64,000 bases of DNA. It comes from Carcharhinus amblyrhynchos. Lineage: Eukaryota. The notes below the pieces were generated by a model that worked only from the letters and a program-made list of their open reading frames with translations, made no database searches and had not been told where the DNA came from. Where the stretch lies: contig OZ336885.1 of NCBI GenBank assembly GCA_965287045.1, forward strand, positions 60,636,001 to 60,700,000. The letters are read 5' to 3'. Below, piece by piece: positions 1-13,255 of the stretch (positions are counted from its first letter, which is position 1; each line of letters opens with the position of its first letter). A program made the translations under genes and the position numbers.

Positions 1-34
1 TCAGCAGGAATTTCCGAAACGGAAATCATACTTG

Positions 35-258
35 ATCTCTGGAATTCTCTGCCCGTTGAAGTGGTGGAGGCTGCCTCGCTAAATATTTTTAAGACGCGGG
101 TTGATGGGTTTTTGATGAGAGAGGGGATTAAGGGTTATGGGGAGAGGGCGGGAATGTGGAACTGAGCCACGACAGATCAGCCATGATCTTATTGAATGGC
201 GGGGCAGGCTCGAAGGGCTAGTTGGCCTACTCCTGCTCCTATTTCTTATGTTCTTATT
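35..258 (+). mobile_element. Young CR1 LINE 3' end
   Basis: Nearly identical to the 3' ends of the 53351-54551 and 35330-35892 copies; ttcttatg tail. Confidence 0.9.
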
Positions 259-309
259 AAATCAACACAGAGCGATTCTCCGTGGTAAGCTCTGCTATAC
301 GTAATGAGC

Positions 310-1515
310 AGAGCTGACCAGGGAGAACCGGTCTATTGGTTTATTTAATCTTTTAGAAGGCCTTAGCCATGGTCCCACATAAAAGATTATTAGTGAAGTA
401 AAGGTGCACGGGAGAGCAGATGGTGGGTCGCGATGGATAAAAAGCCAGTTAGCAGACAGGAATCATAGAGTTGAAATAAATGTCTATTTCCCTGATTTGC
501 AGGCAGTAGCTAGTGTGCTACCACAGGAGTCAGTGCGAGGATCCTCACTATTAGCATTGTGTACTAATGAGTTTGAAGAGGAAAGTAAATACATTATATC
601 CAAATTTGCACTTCACACAATGTTGGATTGGAGAGTGAGCTGTGAGGAGGATGCAGAGATGCTTCAGCGTGATTTGAAAAGAATGGTTAAGTGAGCGTAT
701 GCTTGGTAGATGCATTAGATTGTGAATAAATGTAAGGTGATCTACTTTGATAGGAAAAATCAGAAGAAAGTTTATGATTTGGGTAGGAGTAAACTGAATG
801 TTGTGTACTCAGTGCTGTCCTCGTGCATCAGTTTCTGAAAGGAATCATGCAGGTGAAGTAGGCTGCAAATGAGTGAAGTGGTATGTTGGCCCCCACTGCG
901 ATATCAATTGAGTATAAGAAAGGGATATTTTAATGTAAATGTATAGGACGTTGGCGAGACCACACCTGTATATCGTGTACAATTACGGTGTTCTTACCTG
1001 AGGAAGGATGTTCCTGCTGCAGAGATGGTTCAGTGGTTTACCAGGCTGACCACTAGAATGGCAGGACTTTCATATGAGGACTTAAGTCTGTTAGGATTGT
1101 AGTTATTGGACTTTAGAGGAGAGAGAAGGGAATTCATAGAATCATATATAATTCTAAGAATTAGGCAGGGTCAATTCAGAAAAAAAAAACGTTCCCAGTG
1201 GTGAGGAAGTCCAGGACTAGTGGTTAAAGTGTGAAAATACAGGATAAACCTTTTAGGTGTCAGGTGGGGAGAATTAGTTTCACACAGAGAGCGGTGAATC
1301 TGTGGTATTCACTGCAACATGAGGTAGTTGGGACCTAAGTTTTGTATGATTTCAAAATTGAATATAGCTATAGTTTTTCGGGCTATGGTGGCGGGGGTGC
1401 GGGGTGGGGATAGTGGGTTCAGGGTATTGAATTCGACCATCAGCATGACCAAAGTGAAATGTGGAGCAGGCTCAAAGTGCCGGATAGTCCACTGCTGCTT
1501 CTATTTTCTCTGCAT
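310..1515 (+). mobile_element. Old CR1 LINE RT/3' fragment
   Basis: Degenerate VPQGSVLGP and SKFADDT motifs (VLPQESVRG, ISKFA) and CR1-type 3' UTR. Confidence 0.85.
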
Positions 1516-1525
1516 GTTTCAACAT

Positions 1526-2277
1526 TGTTATGTTCAGATCAGAAAATCCGAAGTGTTTAATGGAGCCTGCCTGGATCATAAGTTTTGCACCTTGAATTTG
1601 GCTAGGATAAGCATGATATGTTTCACCTCAGGTATGATTTAAATGACCCAGAAGGAAGATTTTATCAAACAACCTTTATTTAAGAATAGAGTTATCATGT
1701 ATAGTAAGAATATTGGCAAAAATCTTTATCAATTACAAACAAAACAAAACAATCCCTATAATGTTTAACCCTTAATAATTATATCTAAGATGCGGCAAAG
1801 GAAGAAATTTCCCATAGACACACGGAAACATTCAGAAGTTTAACACTATAAATACTAATGTTAATGTGATAATGGAATTGAATCCTTTGGTTTGAGAATT
1901 AAAACCCTGACTTCTCAGCGTATCATTTCGAGCAACCTTCTCGATACACACAGAACAGAGTGAAGTCAGAACGGTTTCCCAGAACATCAGAGAGTGAGAC
2001 TCTGGTCAAGCCAACAATATCAGATTCGCTTCTCCAGGAAGGCATGGAGTCTTGCTTTCAGCTAACCAGCAGAATTTCCAAAACCAGGGAGAAAGGGAGA
2101 TCTCTTTTAGCTTGATGTCCTTCCTGAAACTAAAGAAAAGCTCAAAATGAAAAAGGAAGAGCTCATGTCACCTGAACTGCGAGCCACTTTTCCTCCTGAC
2201 AATGCAGGGGCATAAACCGAATCCCAAAAAGTATCTCAGGCCATAAATGAAATAAGCAAAACATAATTGAAGTAACA
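1526..2277 (-). mobile_element. Candidate solo LTR
   Basis: TGTTA...TAACA termini, about 750 bp, AATAAA on minus strand near 1676; no TSD seen. Confidence 0.45.
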
Positions 2278-2687
2278 ATAAAATGACTTCTCTAGACAGC
2301 TCGGCAACAAATAGGAAACGAAACTGAAAAAGGTCTGTTTACAACTTCAGAGAACATAATTTGAAAGAAAACCTTTGAAAAGTACACGAATGTCATAATA
2401 TATATCGAATAAAGCCACATATTTCCACGGTTATCAGACAAACGAAATTCAACTGTAGTATACAAATTCAGAAAGGGAAACACATTTGAATATCAAACCA
2501 TTCTTCAGCATTTAGTGTTAATGTGAGGTGCCTACGAATTCGCACTGTTGGACACACAAACACATATGCTCCCTCTCACACACACATACAGATATGCACA
2601 CAACCATACCACACACTAAGAGCTAAATGCGGCCGAAACAGAATACATGGATTTCTGTGCACCACACCCAGGCATCAGTAAATACGG

Positions 2688-2812
2688 TGGGCAGAATTTC
2701 CCGATTGTGCTCGGCCCATAACCGAAAAGTCTTGCCAGAGGTCAACGGACTGTTGCATGGTCCGTCCCGGTCCGCTATGATCCTAGTGTGGGAGGGTTGG
2801 GAAAATTTCCAA
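2688..2812. mobile_element. Short MITE-like element
   Basis: Imperfect inverted ends gggcagaatttccc / gggaaaatttcc; similar layout at 25155-25278. Confidence 0.3.
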
Positions 2813-2986
2813 AGTTGAGTCAAGGATATAATCTTTATCTTCGAAGATCTCGCCATGAAACTCTTTCTAAAGGTCCTTCCAACAGAAGTGGCCTCAACAA
2901 CTGCCCATTGCGCATGATTTTATTCATATCTCTTGGCTCCATTTGATTCGGTTCCAAATATGCACTCAATCATAACTTCAGATTAC

Positions 2987-3220
2987 CGGCCGTGCTGAGG
3001 AGGAAACCACTACTCCCGGTGAATACGTTGCCACAAGTACCAGTAGAAATGCGATTGCCACATCCTACTGCCTCCACGGACGTGCACAGCTTCTCCAGAA
3101 GTTGAATCGGTGCCCAGCATTTCTCCCGAAGCCGCTTCAATTTCCAAGTCTTTTCTTGAGCCCTCTTCTCTAAATGTCTTCAAAGTACAACTTTTTATTT
3201 CATCTGGTTCTTTCATCTCC
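2987..3220 (-). pseudogene. Degenerate linker-type exon, 5' boundary uncertain
   Basis: DSTSGEAVHVR resembles DSTVESVHRR at 56116; a frameshift is needed to reach donor gccg|gtaatc. Confidence 0.35.
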
Positions 3221-3459
3221 GTTCCTCTCTTTATAATTTAATTGGCACCTCTCTTTCTCTTAGTCCTCATTCACGCACTATCCACAGGCAAAAGGTTCGC
3301 TCTTAAACCGCACTATGCCAAGTAGCACGGACCCAACAGACCATAGCCGAGAATCGCAAACATTCTGTTGCCTTCATGGGTACTCAGATCATCTCCGTCG
3401 CTTTCTCCATTTCCAAGGTTTCTTCGATTTCCACAGTTTCTTCTACTTCGATTACAAGA

Positions 3460-4000
3460 TTTCTAAGGTTAACTAACTGACAATAGCTTTCTGTCTGTCT
3501 CCGTTCTTGAACATGGATTTGTTATTCCGTTTGCCAATTTGCTTTATAAATTATGGAGTTTTAAAAATTAAAGCCTGTGCATCCAATACCTCAGGATTCT
3601 CTTCATAAGGAATCCTTGGAAAATTACCTTAATATCAGGGTTCTTCTTAGCCGAGTTGCCTTGGCAATCTTATTACGTATTCGATGGCGATAGCAGTTAT
3701 TTTGTTTTCTGGCTTATATTCTTCCCTCTGAATCTCGGCGATAGTTGTGATATTTTCACGGTCTTCAACTTTGAAGACAGCTAATAAAATGTCTGCCATA
3801 TGTTGATTTCTCCTTCGTGCATTAATCTCATCCTCTATGGTATCACTGCTTATTTTTACTACTCCAATTATTGTTTGATACAAATATGAAGTATTACTGA
3901 CTATTTTTATATTTCTTGCAAATGTGCTCTCACATTTACATTTATGCTTCGGTATTGTTAAATTTCATTAACATTTTGACGGGGAGAGAGGCATTTAAAG
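3460..4000 (-). mobile_element. Degenerate CR1 ORF2 fragment
   Basis: FKNGDRQKA (cf. FKKGGRQK..NYRPVSL) and MADILLAVFKVED (cf. MAEELNKYFASVFTEED). Confidence 0.7.
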
Positions 4001-4504
4001 GTAATACACTATGTTTCCTCTACTTGCACGATGAAGTATAGCGTGGCTGAGAATGTTTGACTAGTGAGATAAGGGGGAATTAATATTCCTGTTAAAATGT
4101 GGTATTGTATAAGATTTTTTTCCCGTTAAATAAGCGTCAATACATATAGGACACCGATTTTCAAACAACTGACAGTGCAAACAAAAAGAGTGGTGACGCT
4201 ATTGTTTTAGTTCTTTAATCAAAGGGCTATTCTGGTTCTGAAGCCATTGATATGAAATTAATAGTAGAATTTCAAATGGAAAGGAGAAACGAACCGGAAA
4301 ACATTTGTGAGGAGCAGAGGATATGCTTAATATAATTGCCGTCAGAATAAATAGTTTCACAATATTTGCAGAATATTCCGTTCCACCTTTATATCTGAAT
4401 GATGTTCAGTGAGGAAAATAACATGAAGCCGCTCTAGGTGAGATCTGAGCACCACAACATTAGCAAACAAAAAGAATGGTAGTCATATTTCGTAAAACTC
4501 TTAC

Positions 4505-4531
4505 CTTTATCTTTTCTGCCCAACTTTAGTT
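4505..4531 (-). CDS. 27-nt micro-exon, (E)LKLGRKDK
   Basis: ttattaaatacag|AACTAAAGTTGGGCAGAAAAGATAAAG|gtaaga; open only in phase 1. Confidence 0.7.
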
Positions 4532-5115
4532 CTGTATTTAATAAATGCGCCATATTCGCGTCATTACAGTTGCATAATTACACTGGTACTGATGATGACT
4601 CCGGAACAAACATGCGGTCTTTACATGCATATCAAATTACTGTATTCGTCTAGGCTGTGGTTAACTTCTGAGTTAAATCACACTTTTGTTGAAGTTTGTA
4701 TAACGCAGATCATGGGAGTGAGGCTCCATGAAGATTGCATAAGGTTGATAATACGACATAACACTGATACAGCCAAGCAATTTGAACTTTCTTGTTATTT
4801 GAAAACAGAGTATAACTCTATGTTAGCCACGTAAATTACAGAATGAATGCAATCATCATATAACAGAAAATGAGTCGGGTTCCATAGAATTTTCAGAAAA
4901 GAGAAAAAGCATCTATGTTCAATCCCTGATTAATGCAATTTTTAAAGATAGCGTGGGGGAAGTGGAAGCTATTATTAATTAGTAGAGTTGGAAATTCAAA
5001 TATATTTATTGATGGTGGTGCCGTTCTTGTTGTGCAATATGCTTTCGCTTGCCTTCTGCATGGAAAAAAAGACGGTCAATATATAGTGTGCAACAGAATG
5101 ATAGGAAAACGCAAG

Positions 5116-5116
<1 letters not shown>

Positions 5117-5190
<74 letters not shown>
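5117..5190 (+). repeat. (AC)37 microsatellite
   Basis: Perfect dinucleotide run. Confidence 0.98.
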
Positions 5191-5194
<4 letters not shown>

Positions 5195-5199
5195 ATACA

Positions 5200-5700
5200 G
5201 GTATTTGAAGGAAGGTGCCCTTCCAACCGTCATCTCTTCCATTACATATATGACGTTGGACTCAACTTCAAATTCTTCCCTGCTGCATAACTCAAAATGA
5301 TACCTATTTCAATCTTAAACGTATGCAATGGCCCAACCCTCAATGATTCCTGTGGTGGAGAAATCCGAAAACTAATGACCCTTCTAGAGAAAATAATTAT
5401 CTCCGAATCTCTGACTTAAGTGTGAGCATGCTAATTTTGCAACTTTGTTCTGTAGCTCTATTACTCCATCACCATCACATGGAGAAATACCGCGTCATGT
5501 CCTTTCCAGTTCTTATACGTTGCAATAGGATCAACTCTCATCGTTCAGAACTTCAATGTGCCCAGAAATAATCTGCTCAATCACCCCTCATAGGTTAACT
5601 TCTTTATGCTAGCAATCAGTCCATCGAATCTAGTCTGAACAGATTGTGCCGCTTCTTAAGCGTGGAGACCAATACTAAATCTGTCAAGTAGTTTACTTAA
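5200..5700 (-). mobile_element. Old CR1 3' fragment
   Basis: Degenerate similarity to the CR1 3' ends elsewhere in the window. Confidence 0.6.
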
Positions 5701-6246
5701 CGTGATTGGACATGGGTTCCAGGATATGGTTAAAAGAATCTAGTTTCATTTATATGGCGTTTTGGAAACACCACAGATAGATTATTGCATTGAGTTCGGT
5801 TTAAACTTTCAAAGAAGCATAATCTTGCTTCTATTGTGATACAGATAAATTTCAGGAGATTGATTTCGGATTTGAAAAAGCATCCAGTGAGAATAAGTGG
5901 GATGAATACGTTCTGGGTCCATTGCAACAGGCGTGAATATCTTTGTGCCCAGACTTGGTATACACTTTTATGAGAAATTATGATCTCCAACTCTAGCAAT
6001 GATGAACCTCAGAATGAGGCAAGTAAATTGAATTGTAGAAGATTTAATTTTGTTTCATGACGAACCAGGTCTCTGGCGCTGCATTTTCTGGTCAGTGATT
6101 CTAATAATACGTTCTTGTGTTCACTTTAAAGACCTCTATTCTATTCCGTTTAAATTGTGACTGTGGGTTCGGCAAGCAGGGACGAATGCCGAAGAAGGTG
6201 TTTGTTTCCTACAATTCCCGATTAGCATCATCGCTGTCTACCTTAC

Positions 6247-6293
6247 CTCGGACGCTTAGGATTGGTTTCCCTCGCTCAGCCCTTTCATCCTTT
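6247..6293 (-). CDS. 47-nt exon; open in phase 2 to 1 (KDERAERGKPILSVR) or a frameshifted 48-nt phase-1 exon
   Basis: ccacatatag acceptor, gag|gtaagg donor; DNA resembles tgaaaggcttgcgagaaa near 37500-37517. Confidence 0.4.
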
Positions 6294-6375
6294 CTATATG
6301 TGGTTAAAAATAAATACATTTTCATCATATGTCAAAACTTGGCCCTTACTTTAGTGGAGAAAATATATTTAATTC

Positions 6376-7560
6376 CATAAGGCCATAAGAAATTGAAACA
6401 ACAGTAGACCAGTTGGACTCTCGAGCCTGATCTACCTTTCTTTGAGATTACGGTTGAAAACATTCCTCACGGACACTTCCCTGTTCTTTTCCCGTAACTG
6501 TTGGCTCCCATCCTGATAAAACATCTATATATCTCAGCCTTAAACATATGCATAGATTGTACCCCTATAGCTCTCTGTAGCAAGGATATCCAAAGACTCA
6601 CCATCCTCAGAGAAGAAATTTATCCTCAGTGTTAAATTTGCACCCCTGTATTCAGAGTCTCTGCCTTCTGGTCCTAGATTCTTGATGAAGAGAAACAGCC
6701 TCTCAGCATTTACTCTGTCCAGCCCCTTAAGAATTTCATATATTTCAATCAGATAACTTCTAATTCCAGGGAGTAGAGTGCCAATTTATCTTTGCTCATA
6801 GAACAACGCCTCCATACCGGGGATTATCGTAGTGAACCTACTCTGAACTTTCTCTAATTAAATAACATATTTCCTTAAATAAGAGGACCAAAACTGCTCA
6901 CAGTGATCTCGATGTGATCTCACCAGTACCTTGTAAAGTTGTAGCAAGACTTGCAAAATCTGATACTTCAATCTCCCTTGAAGTAAGGACCAACATTCTA
7001 GTAGCATTTGATTACCTGCTGCAGCTGCCTGTTAGCTTTCTGTGTTTCATGCATAATTGTCCCAAAGTTGTGTTGCAGCTTCTGGCAATTTGTCTCCATT
7101 CATATAGTAATGTGTCTTTCGTTCTCTCTTCCAAACAGAGCAATTTTACATTTTGCAATATTTTACTCCATTTGTCAATACTTTGCCCATTTTGTCAACT
7201 TACCCAAATCTCTTTTCAAACTGCTTCTATCCCTCTGGTACTTGCCTTTTCACGTACTTTTGAGTAACCTGGAAATCTGGCTTCTGTACATGTGCTTCCT
7301 TCTTGCAATTTATTCACATATCTTTGTAAGCAGTTGCGGTACCAACACTTATTCGAATTGGCACACCACTCGCTACAGATAGCCATCGTAATATATGAGC
7401 CTTGATTTCCATTCGATGTTTCTTGCCCATTTGGAATTATCTATCTACGCCGGTACACTATCTTGAACACCACAGGCTCTTATCTGATGAATTCACCTTT
7501 GTGAGTTAACTTTGGAGCGCCTTTGGAATTCCAAATATGCATTTTCAACTTCTTTATGCC
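6376..7560 (-). mobile_element. CR1 LINE RT/3' fragment
   Basis: Tail ccataaggccataag, QFWS-like segment gaccaaaactgc, typical CR1 3' ORF2. Confidence 0.8.
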
Positions 7561-7792
7561 ATCTACTCATGTTGAAACTTCATCGAACAAAATGCCAATA
7601 CATGACCGTGTTCAGTCTTAACACATAGAGATAACGGGAGGGCGGAATGGTAGAAACAGCGAACAATACCACATATGTTGTTAATGGATGGCGCATAAAA
7701 GTTCGGGGAGAATGAATGTGTTTCAAAAGATTGCGGCAACGATCCACAAACACACTGAAATAATCAATATTTTGAGAGATTGTCGTTTACAC

Positions 7793-7832
7793 CTTAGGGT
7801 GTTCTCATGGTTTCTTGTGGAAGCCATTTTCT
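7793..7832 (-). CDS. Candidate 40-nt exon, phase 1 to 2, (E)KMASTRNHENTL
   Basis: ctcctgaaacag acceptor, weak donor gtgtaa; frame-compatible with 6247-6293. Confidence 0.3.
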
Positions 7833-8029
7833 CTGTTTCAGGAGATTCAATGCTCTTATAATTACGCCAACAGTTTTGACATTCCGTCTAGTTGGGGTCT
7901 TTAATGATCGTGTAATTTAGAAGATACCAAATTATTATGTCAAATCATATTTAGCTGGGCGGAGTCTATGAACTGCAGCCAACTGGACTACCTTCATTTT
8001 AAACGGAAGATTTATGTGATCGTATCCAA

Positions 8030-9010
8030 CAGTAATACTCAGAGTTGGCTGAGAAGGGGAAGTGACATTCACGTCACACACGTGCCAGGCATGAAATCAC
8101 CCGTTTCTTCCAGAGAGATTCCAAGCATATCCTTATGACATTCAATTAAACAAGTTTCGTTGGATCCGCTAATATTGCCGGCCACGCGGTTTTCATTGAC
8201 CAGCGTTGATCATGGATCAGCGATGGAAACACTGCGGCTATTCGAACAGGTTCGCGGTTGAGAAATCCAAGGCCGTTAAGTCAGCTCCTTGCTCCCCAAA
8301 GGCTGCGTGCAATCTTCAGAAAAATGCTAGAAAATTTCAATAGGTCTGGCAGCAACTGTGGAAAGGGAGTAGAGACAACATTTCGAGTCTAAATGGCCCT
8401 TGATGCTATCAGACATGCTGCGATTTTCCAGCATTTTTCGGTTTTTGTTTCAGATTCAAACATCAGTACTACTTTGCGTTTATCCGCGCATAATCTACAT
8501 TGTCAGGCGTCAGAAACTACACAATGCACTTGGCTGGATAAATTCAGTTTCAAAAACTGTAAATAACCCTTTCACCATTCAGGACAATTCAAAAGCCTGA
8601 TTGGCAAGGCAACGACCATAATAAATGTTGACTCCGACCCACACTGGCGCGCGGTGGATACAGTTTATACGATCTCCATGATACACTGCAGCAACTCGCC
8701 ATGTCTCCTTCGCCAGCACTTACCAATGCCGGCAAGTCTGCCAGGAGCACCCGATGTAGGTTAACAACAGCACATTTAGGTTACCTTAAAAAATCAGACC
8801 ATCTTGAATACTTTGGGAATACTTTGCCGTTGCTTTGCTCTCGCAGAGTCAAAATTCTGGAACTGCCTTCTACTAGCACTGCGAATGTAGATGGACCACA
8901 TCGATCTGAGCGGATCCAGGAGCGCACTGATGGCCACATTGTCAAGAACAATTAGGGAATTGCAATGAATGAATGACCTGCTAGTGAAGTGTACATTCAG
9001 TAAAAATTAA
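8030..9010 (+). mobile_element. Old CR1/L2-type LINE 3' fragment, interrupted
   Basis: gtgacattcacgtcacacacgtgccaggc and gtcaaaattctggaactgcc segments; related copy at 20400-20800 (-). Confidence 0.55.
8320..8480. mobile_element. Inverted (palindromic) Penelope-derived short element
   Basis: aaaaatgctagaaaat...attttccagcattttt arms; same family as 61885-62103 and 33820-33962. Confidence 0.6.
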
Positions 9011-9086
9011 ATAAAAACATCAATCATTGTTTAAAATGTATCCTTCATTTTAAGAACGGTGACACGAGCAGAATATTTTTAATCAC

Positions 9087-9122
9087 CTTTATCTGAGCAA
9101 ATTCCCTTCAGAGTTTCCAGTT
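9087..9122 (-). CDS. 36-nt micro-exon, (E)LETLKGICSDK
   Basis: ttccgtttgtttcag|AACTGGAAACTCTGAAGGGAATTTGCTCAGATAAAG|gtgatt. Confidence 0.75.
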
Positions 9123-10198
9123 CTGAAACAAACGGAAGCAGGTTGAAGTGTCAACTAAAAATGAAATACAGGGCAACTGCACGTTTCTGAAATAACACAG
9201 GGACATATAAGAGGAACAGGGACGTAAGTTAAGCATTCTGCCTGATAGCATAGCGGATTTGCGGCAGGGTTCCAAACATCCATTGTAGCCCACCCATTTA
9301 AAAAACTATGGTTGCAAAACATCTATAATATCAGTTTTAAAACAAATAGTTGATAATTCGTTAATTGTGTTTGTAAACTGGAACCAGAAACGTTTGCCAC
9401 CACTTTAATGCCTAAGTGTTTCCTAATGGCAGTCTTGCATGGTTGGCTCCACAATATTTAGCGTGGATTTCATGCATAAATTCTCCAACTAACTGGTTAT
9501 TTTTATTAACGACTTATCATACTAAAATCTTAGCGCAAATCATTGTTAACCTTCTCAATTGAAGTGGGTGCGTTCAATCCGGGGATCGTGTCCATATTAC
9601 GTTAATGGGTTCACAATGGGTCCATGTTGCGTTCTTTAACGTCTGGTCACAGAGTGAGAAAAAAAGACGATCCAATGTTAGGAATGAGAGGATAGTAGAA
9701 AGCTGAGAGTGGAAATAAACGAGCAGATATAATGGAACACACGAATTTGATTATGTTCTCAGATTCCACAGGCTGCATTGCAAATCTAACGGCAAGACCC
9801 CAGATGAAAGTTGGGTAATTTAAAAATCTGTTCAGAAAGTTAGATCTGGCATTAGCAGAAGTGATTGTAAAAAGTATTCTGCTCATGGGAAGGGAAGCTG
9901 CAAGTCTTAACAGTTTGTAATTATGAAACTATGCTCAGTTCCAACCATGATGCCTGCGATTCATCTGAAGTTATTTTTCATGTTGCTAAGTGGTAACAAA
10001 AATAAAACACGAGACACAAGTCGCAGGAAAGGAATAGAATAGACAATAAATGTCCACGTTTACAGCAACACTTAATCTCATATTAATTTTCTAATGGATT
10101 TCACACGTGGTTGTAAGTGACACTTATGAATAATATCTCCTGGGGATCAATGACCAAATAGCGTCCTTTGCCGCTGTACATAACTTTTTGACTCTTAC

Positions 10199-10370
10199 CC
10201 CACTCCTTGAAATCATGCTTTATTGATCACTCCATCATTTGATTTGCATTAGTCAGCAGTGACATGACTACCCTATTTGTTACTAGGCAGAATTCGTCTG
10301 GATGCCTAATCCCTTCAGTGAAATTCAGGGAAAAGGCAGGTAATATCAAGTTCATGAGTGTCCACACGGC
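10199..10370 (-). pseudogene. Degenerate linker-type exon (172 nt)
   Basis: cactttacag acceptor, gtaaga donor; internal stops; DNA similarity to exons at 63220, 22875 and 16471. Confidence 0.45.
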
Positions 10371-10779
10371 CTGTAAAGTGGGTTAAACAGATTTTGCACA
10401 ACAAAAGTACACAATGGTGTGTTTGGCATCCATGGTAGATTACATACCAGATTAAGACACACCATATTTAACTGCATCCAAATATGGTCCCATTTAAAGA
10501 TTATAAACCAAGAGCTGAATTGAAGAGATGAGCTTAAAGCATTTACAATAATCAGGGAAAGATTACTGGGAAAATCTTTGAACAAAAATCTAACGGTTTC
10601 CAGATTCTGCTCAACTCCTTGTTATATATGTTGGAGAGAGAGCTGTTGCAATGAGTAATACATTTGTACCGTTATTTCAACACACTATGAGATTGCAATA
10701 CAGCGAATGCACGTTCCATTGAAGGGAGGGAGGACACAGAAACCACAGATTCAGAAGATTGCAGCATGGCACCCAAAGA

Positions 10780-11990
10780 AAATCCCAAAGCAATCCCGAA
10801 GAGCCAACGTGGGTTTGTGAAAGGAAAATCATACTTGCTTAGTTTATTAGGTTTTGTTTATTAGGAAGTAACAAGCAACGTGTACCTGTTAGTTGTGGTT
10901 TATGTGAAGGTGCGGGAGGCATTTCATAAGGTGCAAGACAACATAGAAGCTCATGATTTCGGTGTAACACACCAGCATCTAAAGAACATTGATTAGCTAA
11001 TAGGAAACGGAGAGAAGGCATAAATGGGGCATTTTCTGTTTACTAATTTGCTAAAAATTTATTTGCACGAAAATGAATGCTGGGGCCTTAACTGTTTGTA
11101 ATCTATATCCAACTTGGATGGAAGGATAGAATGTTTCGCTGCTAGATGTGTTGAGGAAGTAACTTTAAAAGAGACCAAAATGAGTTTGCAAAGTGAAACA
11201 GCGAGGTAAGTGAATGGGTAATTTTTAAATGTTGTAATGATATCATGGGGAAAATCTGAATTTGTCCACGATGGCAGAGATAATAGAAAAACAGTAAGGG
11301 ATTTAATGGAGACAGATTGCAGAACTCTGTGTTACAGAGGAAGCTGAGTGTCCTAGCATTCTAATCAAAAGTCTCGAATATATGCAGTTAGAGCAAACGG
11401 ATAGTAAGTGAAATGAAATGTCAATGGGAGTGATAGAAAATCAGGGCTGTTTATGTTCTCATGTTCAGATGTTACCATGTTCTTACAATTAACGGCAGGT
11501 TCACGGGGTTGTGGAGAGACGGCATCCTAGCAATGTTGTGCAGCTTGTGTTTGCTAATTTACGGCAGGACGTAGTTGCATTTGACGCCACTCATTTGATA
11601 AATCCCTGGATCAGTGATTTATCTTATTGGGGAAGAAAGTTTAGGCTTGAGTTCGTATCATGAACGTTTGAAAACATAGAAACATGTCAGGTCCGGAGGG
11701 AAGAATGCTTCCCCCTTGTCGCAGAAACTGGAATGAGGGGTGGCAGTTTAATAATAATGGGTCACGGCGATGGGTGGGGGTTCAGTCTCTCACGGGTCCT
11801 GGATCTATAGAATTCTGTTCCTCAGAGAGCTTTGGAAGCAGGGTTACTGAACATATTCAATGAAGAAGCAGATAGGGTTTTCATTCAAAAAAAGTGAAAC
11901 TGGATAGTGTGTATACAGCAAAATGGAGTTGAAGCAAAAATCCAATCAGCCATCATCTTATCAAAATGGATAGCAAATTCAGCGGTTCAA
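10780..11990 (+). mobile_element. Old CR1 LINE RT/3' fragment
   Basis: Degenerate GFVKGKSCL region through 3' UTR aatcagccatcatcttat. Confidence 0.8.
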
Positions 11991-12370
11991 ATGTATAAAG
12001 ACGAAGCATATAATTATGATGATAATATTTAATTATCACAAACGTACTGAACAGACTGATACCATGGAGTTAGCAAATACAATTACATGAAAATAAAAGT
12101 TCTATGCCTGGCTCCATGATCCACGCGGCACTCTTATCAAAAATGCCGATTCTCTTAACATTACCTTATTTTAATTTTCATGTTCATTTAATTAAGTGTC
12201 ATCAACTCATCTGTACAATTTCAGGTAGCTTCGTTGCAATGTTTTACACATGTCAGTAACTCCTTAATTAAAAACAAACGTTTATCCTAAATTCGTTCTA
12301 AGATTTACAAAGATCTGTTTTGTATTTTTTTGCCAAAAAATGCACCCTACCTCAGGTAGAGACATCTTAC

Positions 12371-12460
12371 TGGTATCAATCCACCCACAACCTTCCGCAG
12401 CACAGTATACATCCATTAAACTATTGGAGATCCTTGCCTTGCAAGATTCAAATAGAACTG
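12371..12460 (-). CDS. Open 90-nt phase-1 linker-type exon, (A)VLFESCKARISNSLMDVYCAAEGCGWIDT
   Basis: ggttttag acceptor, a|gtaaga donor, symmetric phase 1; ISNSLMDV resembles ISNDLLAV. Confidence 0.5.
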
Positions 12461-13219
12461 CTAAAACCACCTGATTCGTTGTAATTTTTTCGTTTTGTTA
12501 CTAATCTTAATATGTAATATTATTTTCAAGGCCCTGCAGTGACCATATATACTTTTATTTGTATCAGTGAAAAGAACACATGCAAGCACAATAAGAGGTG
12601 ATCATTGCACGCACGTGGAAAAAAAAACTGTGCTAAAAATAAAGATGTATAATAACATAGCCACATTTACCATTCATGTGATTTCGCAGAGCGGCCTCTA
12701 ATTGAATTATAAAGAAAAATGCAATGACATCAAAAAGGCACAGGTATGAACAAAGTAAAACTCAGCATAGATGCCTTTACAATTTGTCAACATAATTTCA
12801 CATACGAAATACACAAACGGGTAACTGTAAATTCAATTGGTAGTTTCCAACGCATTATTAATATATATCAACTCCTAATGTCAGTGATAATAAGATTTCT
12901 GTGCTCCAAGAAATTCTTGTTTTTTTTACCCATCTCCACTTACCCTGTTTCAACCTCCACATCTAAAGGTCCCGAAAGAAAACAAAAAAAGATCCACCTC
13001 GACACTGCCAGTGGTCATTAAGCTGTTCCCAAGGAGCATAACATGTTTAAGAGATAGGATCAGGTGAATTCTGGTAAACAATTTAACCAGATAGCAATTG
13101 TTCTCAACTCAAATTTCACTTGTTTGATTACATAGAGTAAGTGCAACATTTCTTTTATTTGGCAGCAATATAGAGATCATGTTTTATTCTAGCTGTGGTT
13201 GCCCAACTATAGGACTAAC

Positions 13220-13255
13220 CCGCATCTTGCAAACTCGTCTTCAAAGCGTGGATAT
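13220..13255 (-). CDS. 36-nt micro-exon, (D)IHALKTSLQDA
   Basis: ttatttaattacag|ATATCCACGCTTTGAAGACGAGTTTGCAAGATGCGG|gttagt; close paralog of 20096-20131. Confidence 0.8.

Noticed and set aside
4933-5300. ORFs rich in HT or CV repeats
   Set aside because: Translations of the (AC)37 microsatellite.
12210-12470. Resemblance of VVLAVLFESCK...LQRSYLKLY to a MIEAP/SPATA18-like C-terminal domain
   Set aside because: Needs a frameshift and a poor acceptor, no downstream domain exon was found, and the exon is better explained as a linker-family member.
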